Below, piece after piece: positions 39,922-48,095 of a stretch of DNA of 64,000 bases; within the stretch, counting starts at the first letter, position 1; each line of letters opens with the position of its first letter. The position numbers and the translations under genes were made by a program. Under the pieces are notes generated by a model, which saw nothing but the letters and a program-made list of their open reading frames with translations, had not been told where the DNA came from and did not search any database. Origin of the DNA: Candidatus Latescibacterota bacterium (GTDB taxonomy: Bacteria; Latescibacterota; UBA2968; UBA8231); NCBI GenBank assembly GCA_965223905.1, contig CBDCXV010000010.1, forward strand, positions 362,077 to 426,076. Reading direction: 5' to 3'.

Positions 39922-42900
39922 AGGTGACTCCTACCCGGCGTTGCTGCTCCAGTGAATCGGCGTCCGCACCAAGCTTGCGCTCGATGTTATCGATGCTTCC
40001 GCGAAGCATCCTGAGATACCGCTCCTCTCGCCCCAATACCTCTCCTTTTTTTAGGAGTGCCTGCTGTCCTGCCAACTTCCTGCCCGCAAAGGCCCGTACG
40101 CTGGCAAGACGTCGATCGATAAACGCGTCATTCGTTCGCTCTGCTTCCAATCTAAGCCCTTTGATTCTCCCCAGGAGCAGTTGCTCGGCTTCATTGAAGG
40201 CATGCATTGCGCGATCCTCATCCACTGGCATGTGCCCTCCTTTGGGCTCCTGGCCGTTTTCGACTATCTCCCCAAGAATTGCCTCGGAATTTTCCGCAGA
40301 ACATGCTTCCTTCAAGTCTTCGTTCAGCACAACTATCTCAAGAACGCTGCTCTGCCGGAGCGCCTCAATTCTCAGCTTGAAAATGAAAAAATAGTAAGTA
40401 CCTGGATCGAGCAGACCCACTTCCCGTAGACTCACGCGCGTGGCTGGGGCGATCCGGGCTTCTTCGTAATGGCGCGCAATGGCCCGCACGAGGGGGTGTA
40501 CGACGTTGATGAATTCGATCCTCGGCTTGCGGAAGGCAAGGTCAGAATCGAAGGTCACTGAGATGCCAGTTCTTTCGGACCTAGCCAGGAGCTGTGTATC
40601 CCTGACGCTGACGTTCTCGCGGACAAGGAACTGTCTGAGCTGATCGCAGACATGGATAACACCATCACCTTCGGAACCGGTCAGGAATCTAGTCCGAGGG
40701 CAGTGTGAACGGAGAAAGTCACAGACAAATCTCTCAAGTTGAACGGAGGTCACATAACGACGCCGATCACGAATCCGTGCCACTTCTGCTTCAAAGTACT
40801 CGTCGACGCCCACCAGCTGGGCGGCTTTCTCCTCTAGCCTCTGCAGCTCTTGCAGCCGCTCTTCGAGAACAAGGACAGCGTGGTCTACACGTTGTTCGAT
40901 CTCCTCCGGGGTCAGACTCGTGCTCAGGAGCTCCCTTTCGAGATTGTGTACGATGTCCCCTAGAATATCCTCTAAATCCCCGATGGAACGCTCGAAAATC
41001 CCTATGCGGTTGTACAGCCGGTCCAGGATCTTCTTCTCGATCGTCCCTTCCACGGAGAAGTTGTAGATCCGAATAACCTCGGATTCCTGCCCAATACGAT
41101 CCAGCCGGCCGATTCGCTGTTCAACCTCCATAGGATTCCAGGGGAGGTCGTAGTTGAACATTGTGTTGCAGAACTGAAAGTCGAGACCTTCACCGCCGAT
41201 GCGGGAGGAGAGAAGGATGGGGATCTCTCGATCGTCCCGGAAACTGTCGATAACCCCTGTGCGTTCCTTCACGTGGACGTCACCGCTTAGGACGAGATTG
41301 GGGAATCCATCCGCGGAAAGTTTTTTACTCAGATAGTTCAGCGTTCCCTTGTAGAAAGCGAAAATCAGGCACTTGCACCCATTCTCCTCCTCCTGGATGC
41401 CACGAAGGGCTTGCGAGAGATGGGCGTATTTTGTGTCGATCCCATCGTCCCTCCACTCCCGCAATACATCTCGAAGCCGATGGGTAACTGATCCAAAGAC
41501 AGGCGGGGATTCTCCGTCCCCATTACTCGACGTAACCGTCTCATCCTCTGAAAGGTCTTCGATGCTAAGGTCACTGCATTCACGATAGTGCTCAACCATA
41601 GCCGGAATACAGGAAGCCATGCGTCTCTGGGGAGTCTGAAGGATCCAGCTCTGAACGACCGGATCGCCCGTTCTCTTGATGCTATTCTCTCGGACAAACT
41701 CGGTCACCGTGTCGTAAAATACCCGCTCCTGTTCGCTGAGCTGGACTTGCAAGACAAAGGCATGGCGTTCGACAACGTGCTCGTGGACTTCTCTCTTCCG
41801 TGTCCTCGAGAAGATATGACCGATCAGGTTGAGGTCTGCAAGATCCCCCTGAAGTCCAAGTTGCAGGCGTCTGCTATCATTTTCCCTCGGTTCCAGTTTC
41901 TCAAGCTTCTTCAGCTTAAGCATCGCCTCCATCATGGCGGGATTCTGGGCAATCTCTGTGCTCTTGGCGGCCCTATGCAAAAACTCTGTGGCTTGTTTCA
42001 CGTTCGGTGGAACACCTGCAATACATGCCTGAGCCTGAACGATTGGCGCATTCTGCTCAAATCGCGCCTGTGACGTTCGAAGTTCGGGGAAGCTTTCCTC
42101 ATCAAGGATATTGAGAAGGCTGAAAAGGTTTTCGTTTCCCAAGTGAACTGGGGTTGCGGTCAACATTATCATGGCGCTGGATCCACTTCCAAGAAGTTCG
42201 CCTGCTCTCCGGTTCCGGGTTCCGAAGTTTCGCATGTGATGTGCTTCGTCAACAATTACCAAGTCGAAAGTCGGCGCTTGGGCTTCCAGCACTTCGATGA
42301 TCTTGCGAGTACGAAGGCTTTCGATGGAAATGATTCCTGAGAGCTCCGACCGGTCGGGAGCCTCTTGGTACATACGCAAAAACGCCCCAAATCTTTCGGC
42401 GTCTAGTATCTCAAATCGTTCCCCAAAGCGGGTAAGCATCTCGGTTAACCACTTCTCTCTGAGATTGGAGGGGCAAACGACCAGCACTCTCTGCAGAGAC
42501 TCTCGTGCCCGCAATTCGGTCAGAATCAGCCCCGCCTCAATCGTCTTCCCGAGACCCACTTCATCGGCAATCAGAAGTCTGTGATTCGCTGAAGCCAGGA
42601 ATTTCAAGAGCGGCTTGAACTGGTACGGATAGAAGCGTGTTCTAGACGCATTGATTGCGTGGATGTTGTTTGTGAGTGGTCTGTCCCGGTTGAGTCTCTC
42701 ATAGGTTATCGCACGCTGGAATTCCCTGTAACCTCCGAGTTCTCCAGACGCCAGGACTTCATGTGGAGCTCTGTCTTCGAAGTACGATTGCAGATCATGT
42801 TCGGCAACCAGGGACTTATTTCCATCGTTCCAACTCACCCTGTAAAACTGAATCAAGCCACCATGATTCGGTCCGATTTCCAGGACCACCCCAATTATGC

Positions 42901-43144
42901 CGGTGTCTGCAATGAATTGTACTTGATCACCGGGTTTGAACTTTGGCCCCTTCGGGATTTTCTGTTTGCCACGGATACGTCGATAACGCTCGACAATATG
43001 GGGGACTACCTCACTTGCCGGGCGCATACGCGCAATTTCTTCGCCGGTAAGTTCCCGTGTGTCCGGATCGGCGGCGATGGCAGCACGGATTTCGATGTCC
43101 TCCTCTTTTGTTGGGAGAACCATTCTATTTTTGTCTTTTGGCAT
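39878..43144 (-). CDS. fusion protein: BrnA(DUF4415)-like N-terminus + Tudor/SH3-like domain + SNF2-family helicase + C-terminal region of about 370 aa with unknown function
   Basis: Start taken at the ATG at 43144 (MPKDKN...). DPDTRELTGEEIARMRPASEVVPHIVERYRRIRGKQKIPKG matches the BrnA pattern. SNF2 motifs present: ADEVGLGKTIEAG, VVCPSNL, VIVDEAHHMRN, LTATPV and GGEGLDFQFCNTMFNYDLPWNPMEVEQRIGRLDRIGQ. Confidence 0.8.
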   Translation of the reverse strand: MPKDKNRMVLPTKEEDIEIRAAIAADPDTRELTGEEIARMRPASEVVPHIVERYRRIRGKQKIPKGPKFKPGDQVQFIADTGIIGVVLEIGPNHGGLIQFYRVSWNDGNKSLVAEHDLQSYFEDRAPHEVLASGELGGYREFQRAITYERLNRDRPLTNNIHAINASRTRFYPYQFKPLLKFLASANHRLLIADEVGLGKTIEAGLILTELRARESLQRVLVVCPSNLREKWLTEMLTRFGERFEILDAERFGAFLRMYQEAPDRSELSGIISIESLRTRKIIEVLEAQAPTFDLVIVDEAHHMRNFGTRNRRAGELLGSGSSAMIMLTATPVHLGNENLFSLLNILDEESFPELRTSQARFEQNAPIVQAQACIAGVPPNVKQATEFLHRAAKSTEIAQNPAMMEAMLKLKKLEKLEPRENDSRRLQLGLQGDLADLNLIGHIFSRTRKREVHEHVVERHAFVLQVQLSEQERVFYDTVTEFVRENSIKRTGDPVVQSWILQTPQRRMASCIPAMVEHYRECSDLSIEDLSEDETVTSSNGDGESPPVFGSVTHRLRDVLREWRDDGIDTKYAHLSQALRGIQEEENGCKCLIFAFYKGTLNYLSKKLSADGFPNLVLSGDVHVKERTGVIDSFRDDREIPILLSSRIGGEGLDFQFCNTMFNYDLPWNPMEVEQRIGRLDRIGQESEVIRIYNFSVEGTIEKKILDRLYNRIGIFERSIGDLEDILGDIVHNLERELLSTSLTPEEIEQRVDHAVLVLEERLQELQRLEEKAAQLVGVDEYFEAEVARIRDRRRYVTSVQLERFVCDFLRSHCPRTRFLTGSEGDGVIHVCDQLRQFLVRENVSVRDTQLLARSERTGISVTFDSDLAFRKPRIEFINVVHPLVRAIARHYEEARIAPATRVSLREVGLLDPGTYYFFIFKLRIEALRQSSVLEIVVLNEDLKEACSAENSEAILGEIVENGQEPKGGHMPVDEDRAMHAFNEAEQLLLGRIKGLRLEAERTNDAFIDRRLASVRAFAGRKLAGQQALLKKGEVLGREERYLRMLRGSIDNIERKLGADADSLEQQRRVGVTYDEIAAGILEVHSR

Positions 43145-43388
43145 ATTCGCGGGCCTCGCTTCTGGTGGCCTTGCGCAGGCTGATAATTCGGGTGTCCCTG
43201 CTCTGGTCTGCGAAGACAACAACGTGAAGATTTGCGCCGATAAAACCCGTGGCGATCCAGCGGGATTCGGCGTGATCTCCATCCATATCAACTACAGCGT
43301 TTTCCCACTCAAATGCCTCCATGTCGACAAAGTCCACGCCATGTTTCGTCAAATTGCCTCGCCGTTTGTCTTCGTCCCATTGGTACAT
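43125..43388 (-). CDS. brnT: BrnT-family (DUF497) ribonuclease toxin
   Basis: YQWDEDKRRGNLTKHGVDFVDMEAF...RWIATGFIGANLHVVVFA...RIISLRKATRSEAREY is a full-length BrnT signature. The stop overlaps the downstream ATG by 20 nt. Confidence 0.85.
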   Translation of the reverse strand: MYQWDEDKRRGNLTKHGVDFVDMEAFEWENAVVDMDGDHAESRWIATGFIGANLHVVVFADQSRDTRIISLRKATRSEAREYAKRQK

Positions 43389-43517
43389 TGCATTTGCGTG
43401 CCATGATCCATTTCAATTTGGAATAAACTCTCGTCTGGTAGCTGTCAATTCATGAGAGCCGATTCATCCGACCTGATCCGAGTTCAGCAAATCCCATTCG
43501 CCAGCTATAACATCTTA

Positions 43518-44003
43518 CCTGCCTGACAATTGCCAAGAGTTTCCTTTCCTGCCGGCCACCGTATCCTGCAGCATGGGTAAAAAACGTGGGGGAACGCCGG
43601 AAACGAATTGACTGCTGACTTCCCCACCTCCGTCAGGCGCCCCGGCGGTTGTCCCGGGAGCGCGGCGCCAGGTCGAACCAGGTCTCGTGGCCTCCGAGAA
43701 GCGCTTGAGCTCGTCGACCATCAGGGTGAAATACTGCTGCCTCACCGCGGGACCGTACCAGCCGATATGCGGACTCAGGAACACGTTCGGCAGCTCGAGG
43801 ATCTCGCAGTCGGGGGAGATCGGCTCCGGATCGAAGACGTCGAGCCCAGCGGTGATGTCCCCTCTCTTCAGCCGTTCAATGAGGGCCTGCGGATCGACGA
43901 TCGGCCCGCGCGACACGTTGACGAAAGTGCACCCCGGCCGGATCAGGTCGAGCTCGGCGCGGCCGACCATGCGCCGCGTCTTCGGGGTGAGAGAGGCCAG
44001 GTC
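43518..44003 (-). pseudogene. D-isomer-specific 2-hydroxyacid dehydrogenase, C-terminal fragment only
   Basis: LTPKTRRMVGRAELDLIRPGCTFVNVSRGPIVDPQALIERLKRGDITAGLDVFDPEPI...NVFLSPHIG. The N-terminal and Rossmann start is absent because the upstream gene ends at 44012. The 3' tail looks non-native. Confidence 0.6.
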
Positions 44004-44011
44004 CGGACGGC

Positions 44012-44887
44012 TCACTGTTCCCAGCGTTCCGGGGCGATCGCCGGTGCGTCCGACCTCATCCCCACCGGCTTGTGGGGCTGCTCCCAGTCGACCCCCGAGG
44101 TGTTGAGGCTCTGCAGGAAGCGCCGGGCCACGGCCGGGGCCGCGGCGACCAGCTCGGGGTCCCAATCCTCCATCGGCTGGATGGGGCCGGCCCAGGCGGG
44201 ACGGTAGCCCAGCTGCACCAGGGTGCGCAGCGAATCCGACCGGTTGGGGTGGGTGCCGTGAAAGATGTTGACCGGAAATACCGCGGCGGTCCCCGCCTTT
44301 GCGCAGATGGTCACCTCTCCCGGGTGCGACTTGTAGCGCACGTACGGGTTGGCGTCGACGTGAAAGGAGAGGTGCGAGCGCGGCAGTACGCGCAGGGGGG
44401 CCCGCTCGGGGGTGAGGTCGTCGAGGTAGTAGAGCACCCGCAGCAGCTTCGGGGAGCTGCCCTCGTACCCGAAGATCGAGGAGCCGAACGGCTGCCCGTC
44501 GGTGTGCAGGGAGATCGGTGGGGACCCGGACAGGGTGCGCGTGAACAGCCCGCGGGTGAAGACGATCTCCTCGCCGCACAGCGCCTCGAGGAACTCGACC
44601 ACCGGCGGGTTGGCGATCACTTCCGCCAACGCCGGGCTGTACCACTGCGGCTCGCGGTGGTAGGTCTGGCAGTCGCTGTAATCTTTCGTCCCCATCGGCG
44701 CGTCCGCCATCTCCTGCTTGATGCGGCCCATGTGATCGGCGTCGAGCACGCCGGGAAGGACGACGTACCCCTCGACCTCGAGGTGGCGCATCTTCTCCCC
44801 CAGGGTCATGGCGCCGTAGTCGGTCTCGTCGATGTTCATGAAGTCGATCCTCTCTTCGGGATCGAAGTTCAGGTCGCGTTTGGCCAT
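44012..44887 (-). CDS. PhyH family Fe(II)/2OG oxygenase
   Basis: Start at MAKRDL, preceded by GGAGA. EVEGYVVLPGVL...SLHTDGQP...PLRVLPRSH...IFHGTHPN. Confidence 0.8.
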   Translation of the reverse strand: MAKRDLNFDPEERIDFMNIDETDYGAMTLGEKMRHLEVEGYVVLPGVLDADHMGRIKQEMADAPMGTKDYSDCQTYHREPQWYSPALAEVIANPPVVEFLEALCGEEIVFTRGLFTRTLSGSPPISLHTDGQPFGSSIFGYEGSSPKLLRVLYYLDDLTPERAPLRVLPRSHLSFHVDANPYVRYKSHPGEVTICAKAGTAAVFPVNIFHGTHPNRSDSLRTLVQLGYRPAWAGPIQPMEDWDPELVAAAPAVARRFLQSLNTSGVDWEQPHKPVGMRSDAPAIAPERWEQ

Positions 44888-45019
44888 CGGTATTCTCCGC
44901 GTGTCTCCCGAGTCTCGGCCCCGCCGCGGCGAGGCATTACCGAGGCGAGGCATTACCGAAAAGTAAATAGGCAAACAGGTGGCCCGGAACAAGCGGCGGA
45001 TGCCCCCGGCCTGCTGCAC

Positions 45020-45385
45020 TCGATCTCCGGGTGGTCAGTGGAGCAGGCGGCATCGAGGTGGAAATACTGCCATGTCCGCACGCGGAGGACTTTGCAATGG
45101 ACTTCGAGGAGATGGGACGATCCGCGCCGCGGCCACCGCGGTCGATTCTCCGGGTGCCTCAGAGGAGCAAGCGACATCGAGGTGGCAGTACTGACATGCC
45201 CGCATGGCAGGAGTTCTCAATGGGCTTCGAGCAGATGGGACGATTCCGATGCCGCGGCCACCGCGCTTGATATCCGGGGTGCCTCAGTGGAGCAATCGTC
45301 ACCGAAGTGGCCGCGCAGCCATTGTCTGCACCCCAGGACTTCGAATGGACTTCCTGCGCCCGCACCATGCAGGGGATTTTTGGTT
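45020..45385. repeat. three degenerate tandem copies of a noncoding unit of about 122 bp
   Basis: Units start at 45020, 45142 and 45267. The shared core is TCGAT(T)CTCCGGGTGCCTCAG.GGAGCA.GCG.CATCGAGGTGG...CAATGG.CTTCGAG.AGATGGGACGAT.CCG..GCCGCGGCCACCGCG. Unit lengths (122 and 125) are not multiples of 3. Confidence 0.8.
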
Positions 45386-45414
45386 GGTCTTGCGAATCGG
45401 GGCGCCTGGGAACC

Positions 45415-47103
45415 CTATCCACCCCCGACTTCGCTGGCGCCGCGCGCCCTCAGAAGGGCCGCGAGCTCCTCGTCGCCGCGCCCCAGCGCCGCGGAGAGCG
45501 GGGTCGTGCCGTCGTCGGCAGCGGCGGCGATATCGGCGCCGTGGGCGAGCAGCAGGTCGAGCACCTGTTCCCCTTCCGGGCTTGCGGTGACGCCGTGAAC
45601 GGGGGTGTGGCCTGCCGCGAGGCGGGCCTTCGCCAGGGCCGGATCGGATTCCAGGACCGCGGCGAGCTGCTCAACCCTGCCCCAAGCCGTCAGGTCGAAC
45701 ACGTCCCTGCTGTGATCGAGCAGCAGGTCGCGAAGCTCGAAGTGGCCGGCGTGATTGGCGAAGCCTACCGGGGTGGCGTCGTGGTCCCTCTCCCGGATCT
45801 CGCAGTTCGCCCCGCGAGCCAGCAGCAGGCGGACGACCTCGCCGCTGTTCTCCCAGGCGGCCCAGTGCAGGGAGACGCGGCCCCTCTCGTTCGGCGCGTC
45901 GGGGTCGGCCCCGAGATCGAGGAGCAGGCGGGTCGCCGCGGCATTGGTCACCGCTTCCTGGAGCAGCTCGGGGTTCTCTATCAGGCCGGGTGCTTCCGCG
46001 AGCAGCTGATTCGCCCTGCCCTCGTCGCCGCTCATCACTGCCGCGGTGAAGCGGTCTTCCAGGGACAGCTCCACGACTTCGGCGCCGTGTCGAGCCAGCA
46101 TTTCCGCAATCTCCGGAAAGCCCCCGAGAACGGCGTTCTCGTAGTTCGAGCGGCCCTTGTAGAGATCGGGGGCCGTCACGTCGGCGCCGTGCTCCAGCAG
46201 CAGGGACACCCTTTCGGGGAATCCCCTCTTGACCGCCTGGGACAACTGGTAGTCGAGGGTCCTCAGCGGCGGGTCGTGGGAGGGATAGACCACTGCGGCT
46301 GCCTCAAGCCCGCGCGACAGGAACAGCTCCAGCCACTGGTTGTCCGGGGTGAACATCGTGTTGTAGAGCCCCTGCGCGTCGTTCGGGTCGGCCCCGGCGT
46401 CGAGCAGGATCGCCGCCAGCTCGCGGGCCCGCGGGTGGGGCGGCTGCTGCAGGAGGCCATGCTCCCCCTCCCCCATGACCCCGGTCAGGGCAGACCAGCT
46501 CCAGCCGCCCCGCTCCTCCGGTCCCACGCAGGTGTCGCCCGGGGCGCCGGCGGCGAGCAGCAGCTCAGCCGCGGCCACGGCGTCGCGCCGTGGCGTATCC
46601 TCCGGCACCCGGCTGAAACAGAGGTAGAGGAGCGGCGGCCAGTCGCGCGGCCCTCCGGGGGCGACTGCGCTGTCCGCATCCCGGGTCAGATGCCGCAGGG
46701 CTTCGACATCGGAAGCGGCCGCGGCGGCCCAGGGGTGCACCCAGGAGATCCCGGGAGTTTCGCCCAGCATGCGGGCGGCGCGCTCGCGGCGGCTGACGTG
46801 GTCGTCGCCGCGATACGACAGGCAGGCGAGCTCGGCGAACAGATCGGCCAGATCCTCAAGAGTTCCCGAAACCCCGGCCTCCTCCTCGAAGGCCCGCTGC
46901 AACTCCCACCAGCCAGGATGCCCGTATTTCCGGGCAACCACCAACAGGGCGTCGCGACAGGTGCTGAACTCTCCCGGGTCCGGATGGTGCTCGCGGATGA
47001 GCTCGAGCGCTTCATGCGGTTTGCGCCGGGCCCGGTCGAGAAGGGATTTCGCCTCCCTGCGGAGACTGGACAGGCTGGGACGGCTGGATCTATCGACGGA
47101 CAT
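45415..47103 (-). CDS. ankyrin-repeat protein
   Basis: Multiple ANK units (e.g. GRVSLHWAAWENSGEVVRLLLARGAN and DGTTPLSAALGRGDEELAALLRARGA). Start taken at MSVDRSS; the ORF is open to 47196. Confidence 0.8.
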   Translation of the reverse strand: MSVDRSSRPSLSSLRREAKSLLDRARRKPHEALELIREHHPDPGEFSTCRDALLVVARKYGHPGWWELQRAFEEEAGVSGTLEDLADLFAELACLSYRGDDHVSRRERAARMLGETPGISWVHPWAAAAASDVEALRHLTRDADSAVAPGGPRDWPPLLYLCFSRVPEDTPRRDAVAAAELLLAAGAPGDTCVGPEERGGWSWSALTGVMGEGEHGLLQQPPHPRARELAAILLDAGADPNDAQGLYNTMFTPDNQWLELFLSRGLEAAAVVYPSHDPPLRTLDYQLSQAVKRGFPERVSLLLEHGADVTAPDLYKGRSNYENAVLGGFPEIAEMLARHGAEVVELSLEDRFTAAVMSGDEGRANQLLAEAPGLIENPELLQEAVTNAAATRLLLDLGADPDAPNERGRVSLHWAAWENSGEVVRLLLARGANCEIRERDHDATPVGFANHAGHFELRDLLLDHSRDVFDLTAWGRVEQLAAVLESDPALAKARLAAGHTPVHGVTASPEGEQVLDLLLAHGADIAAAADDGTTPLSAALGRGDEELAALLRARGASEVGGG

Positions 47104-47672
47104 GGAGGTCCCTTTCGCGAAATAGTCCGGACCCGTTGTGACAGGCAGAATAGAAGGGTTTGTCGGAGGTTTGCCGGCTGCGGGATCGGCACCCAAGGGG
47201 ACCCATTACCTGCCGCGACCTGAGGAGCTTCCGGGCAGCCCATTCGGGGTGCGGCCGGTCCCTGCGCCCCGCGTTGCAGCATTGGGCTCGCGCGCCGCGT
47301 TTCCTCCCGCGACTCGGCTCGAAAACCCTGCCATCGGCCGAGCGAGTTAGCAGCCCGTTGATAAAGTTGCTCTGTAGGCGAGGCCGAGTCATGACGGTCG
47401 AAGACAAGGCGCGCGACCGAGTCGAATCGAGGGGATTCGGGGAGGGAGCGCAACGCCGTATTCGGACGCTCTTTCGAGCGTTTCAGGGAACGGCAAAGCC
47501 GTTCCCAACACGAACCCCAAGGGTTCGCGACCGTCAGGGCCGCCCGCAGCCCAGATGGACTTTTTCCACGGGCTGTTAGTCCCGATTCGAAGCCGCCTCC
47601 CCGCCAGAGGGAATGCTCGAACCCTCCGGTGGCACCCTGGCGGCTGGCTTTCGGCGATAATAGGTTCGGGCC

Positions 47673-48059
47673 ATGGGGTCGTCAAAACGAAATCAGCGGG
47701 CCAAAGAACGGCCCTCCCCCTCCGTCGAGGCCGAGTTGCTCGACGAAGCTGCCGCGGCGTCGATTTCCAGCCTGATCGGCATCGGCTGCCAGTCCGGGGA
47801 CACGGTGATGGGCCTGTCCGCGGTGCGGCGCATCCGCGAGCTCGCCTACCTGTTCGCTTCCGCGGAGCTGGCAAAAGGTACCTGGAGAGAGCTCGGGCGG
47901 CGGCGGCGGACGGGAACGCGGCTCTTCCGGGTAGCGGATCTCTCCCGCCTCACCGCTGCCGCGGGCCGCGGCGACCTGTCGGTCGTCGGCGTGAAACCGG
48001 GAGGGTTGGCCGCCGGCATCGCCGCCCGCCTCGAGGCCCATGCAAAGGCAGACGCGTAA
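47673..48059 (+). CDS. L7Ae/YlxQ-like RNA-binding family protein
   Basis: LIGIGCQSGDTVMGLSAVRRIRELAYLFASAE...LSVVGVKPGGLAAGIA resembles the YlxQ/L7Ae fold pattern. Confidence 0.45.
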   Translation: MGSSKRNQRAKERPSPSVEAELLDEAAAASISSLIGIGCQSGDTVMGLSAVRRIRELAYLFASAELAKGTWRELGRRRRTGTRLFRVADLSRLTAAAGRGDLSVVGVKPGGLAAGIAARLEAHAKADA

Positions 48060-48095
48060 ACCGGACGGCCGCCACCCTTCACTAAGGAGAATTCC

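Noticed and set aside
43579-43603. Inverted partial match (GGGGGA...CC...CGAATTGAC) to the 7585-7609 repeat module, which might mark two ends of a 36-kb transposon.
   Set aside because: Only about 17 of 25 positions match, and a gap is needed. No transposase or target duplication supports the idea, and the intervening 36 kb is mostly backbone-like high-GC DNA.
45020-45385. CRISPR array.
   Set aside because: The repeats are about 122 bp, contiguous without unique spacers, and degenerate. No cas genes occur in the window.
47520-47625. tRNA/tmRNA-like 3' end (GTCCCGATTCGAAGCCGCCTCCCCGCCA) in the intergenic region before the L7Ae-like gene.
   Set aside because: The flanks of the TTCGAA motif cannot form a T-stem, and no acceptor stem pairs. 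This is judged a chance resemblance.
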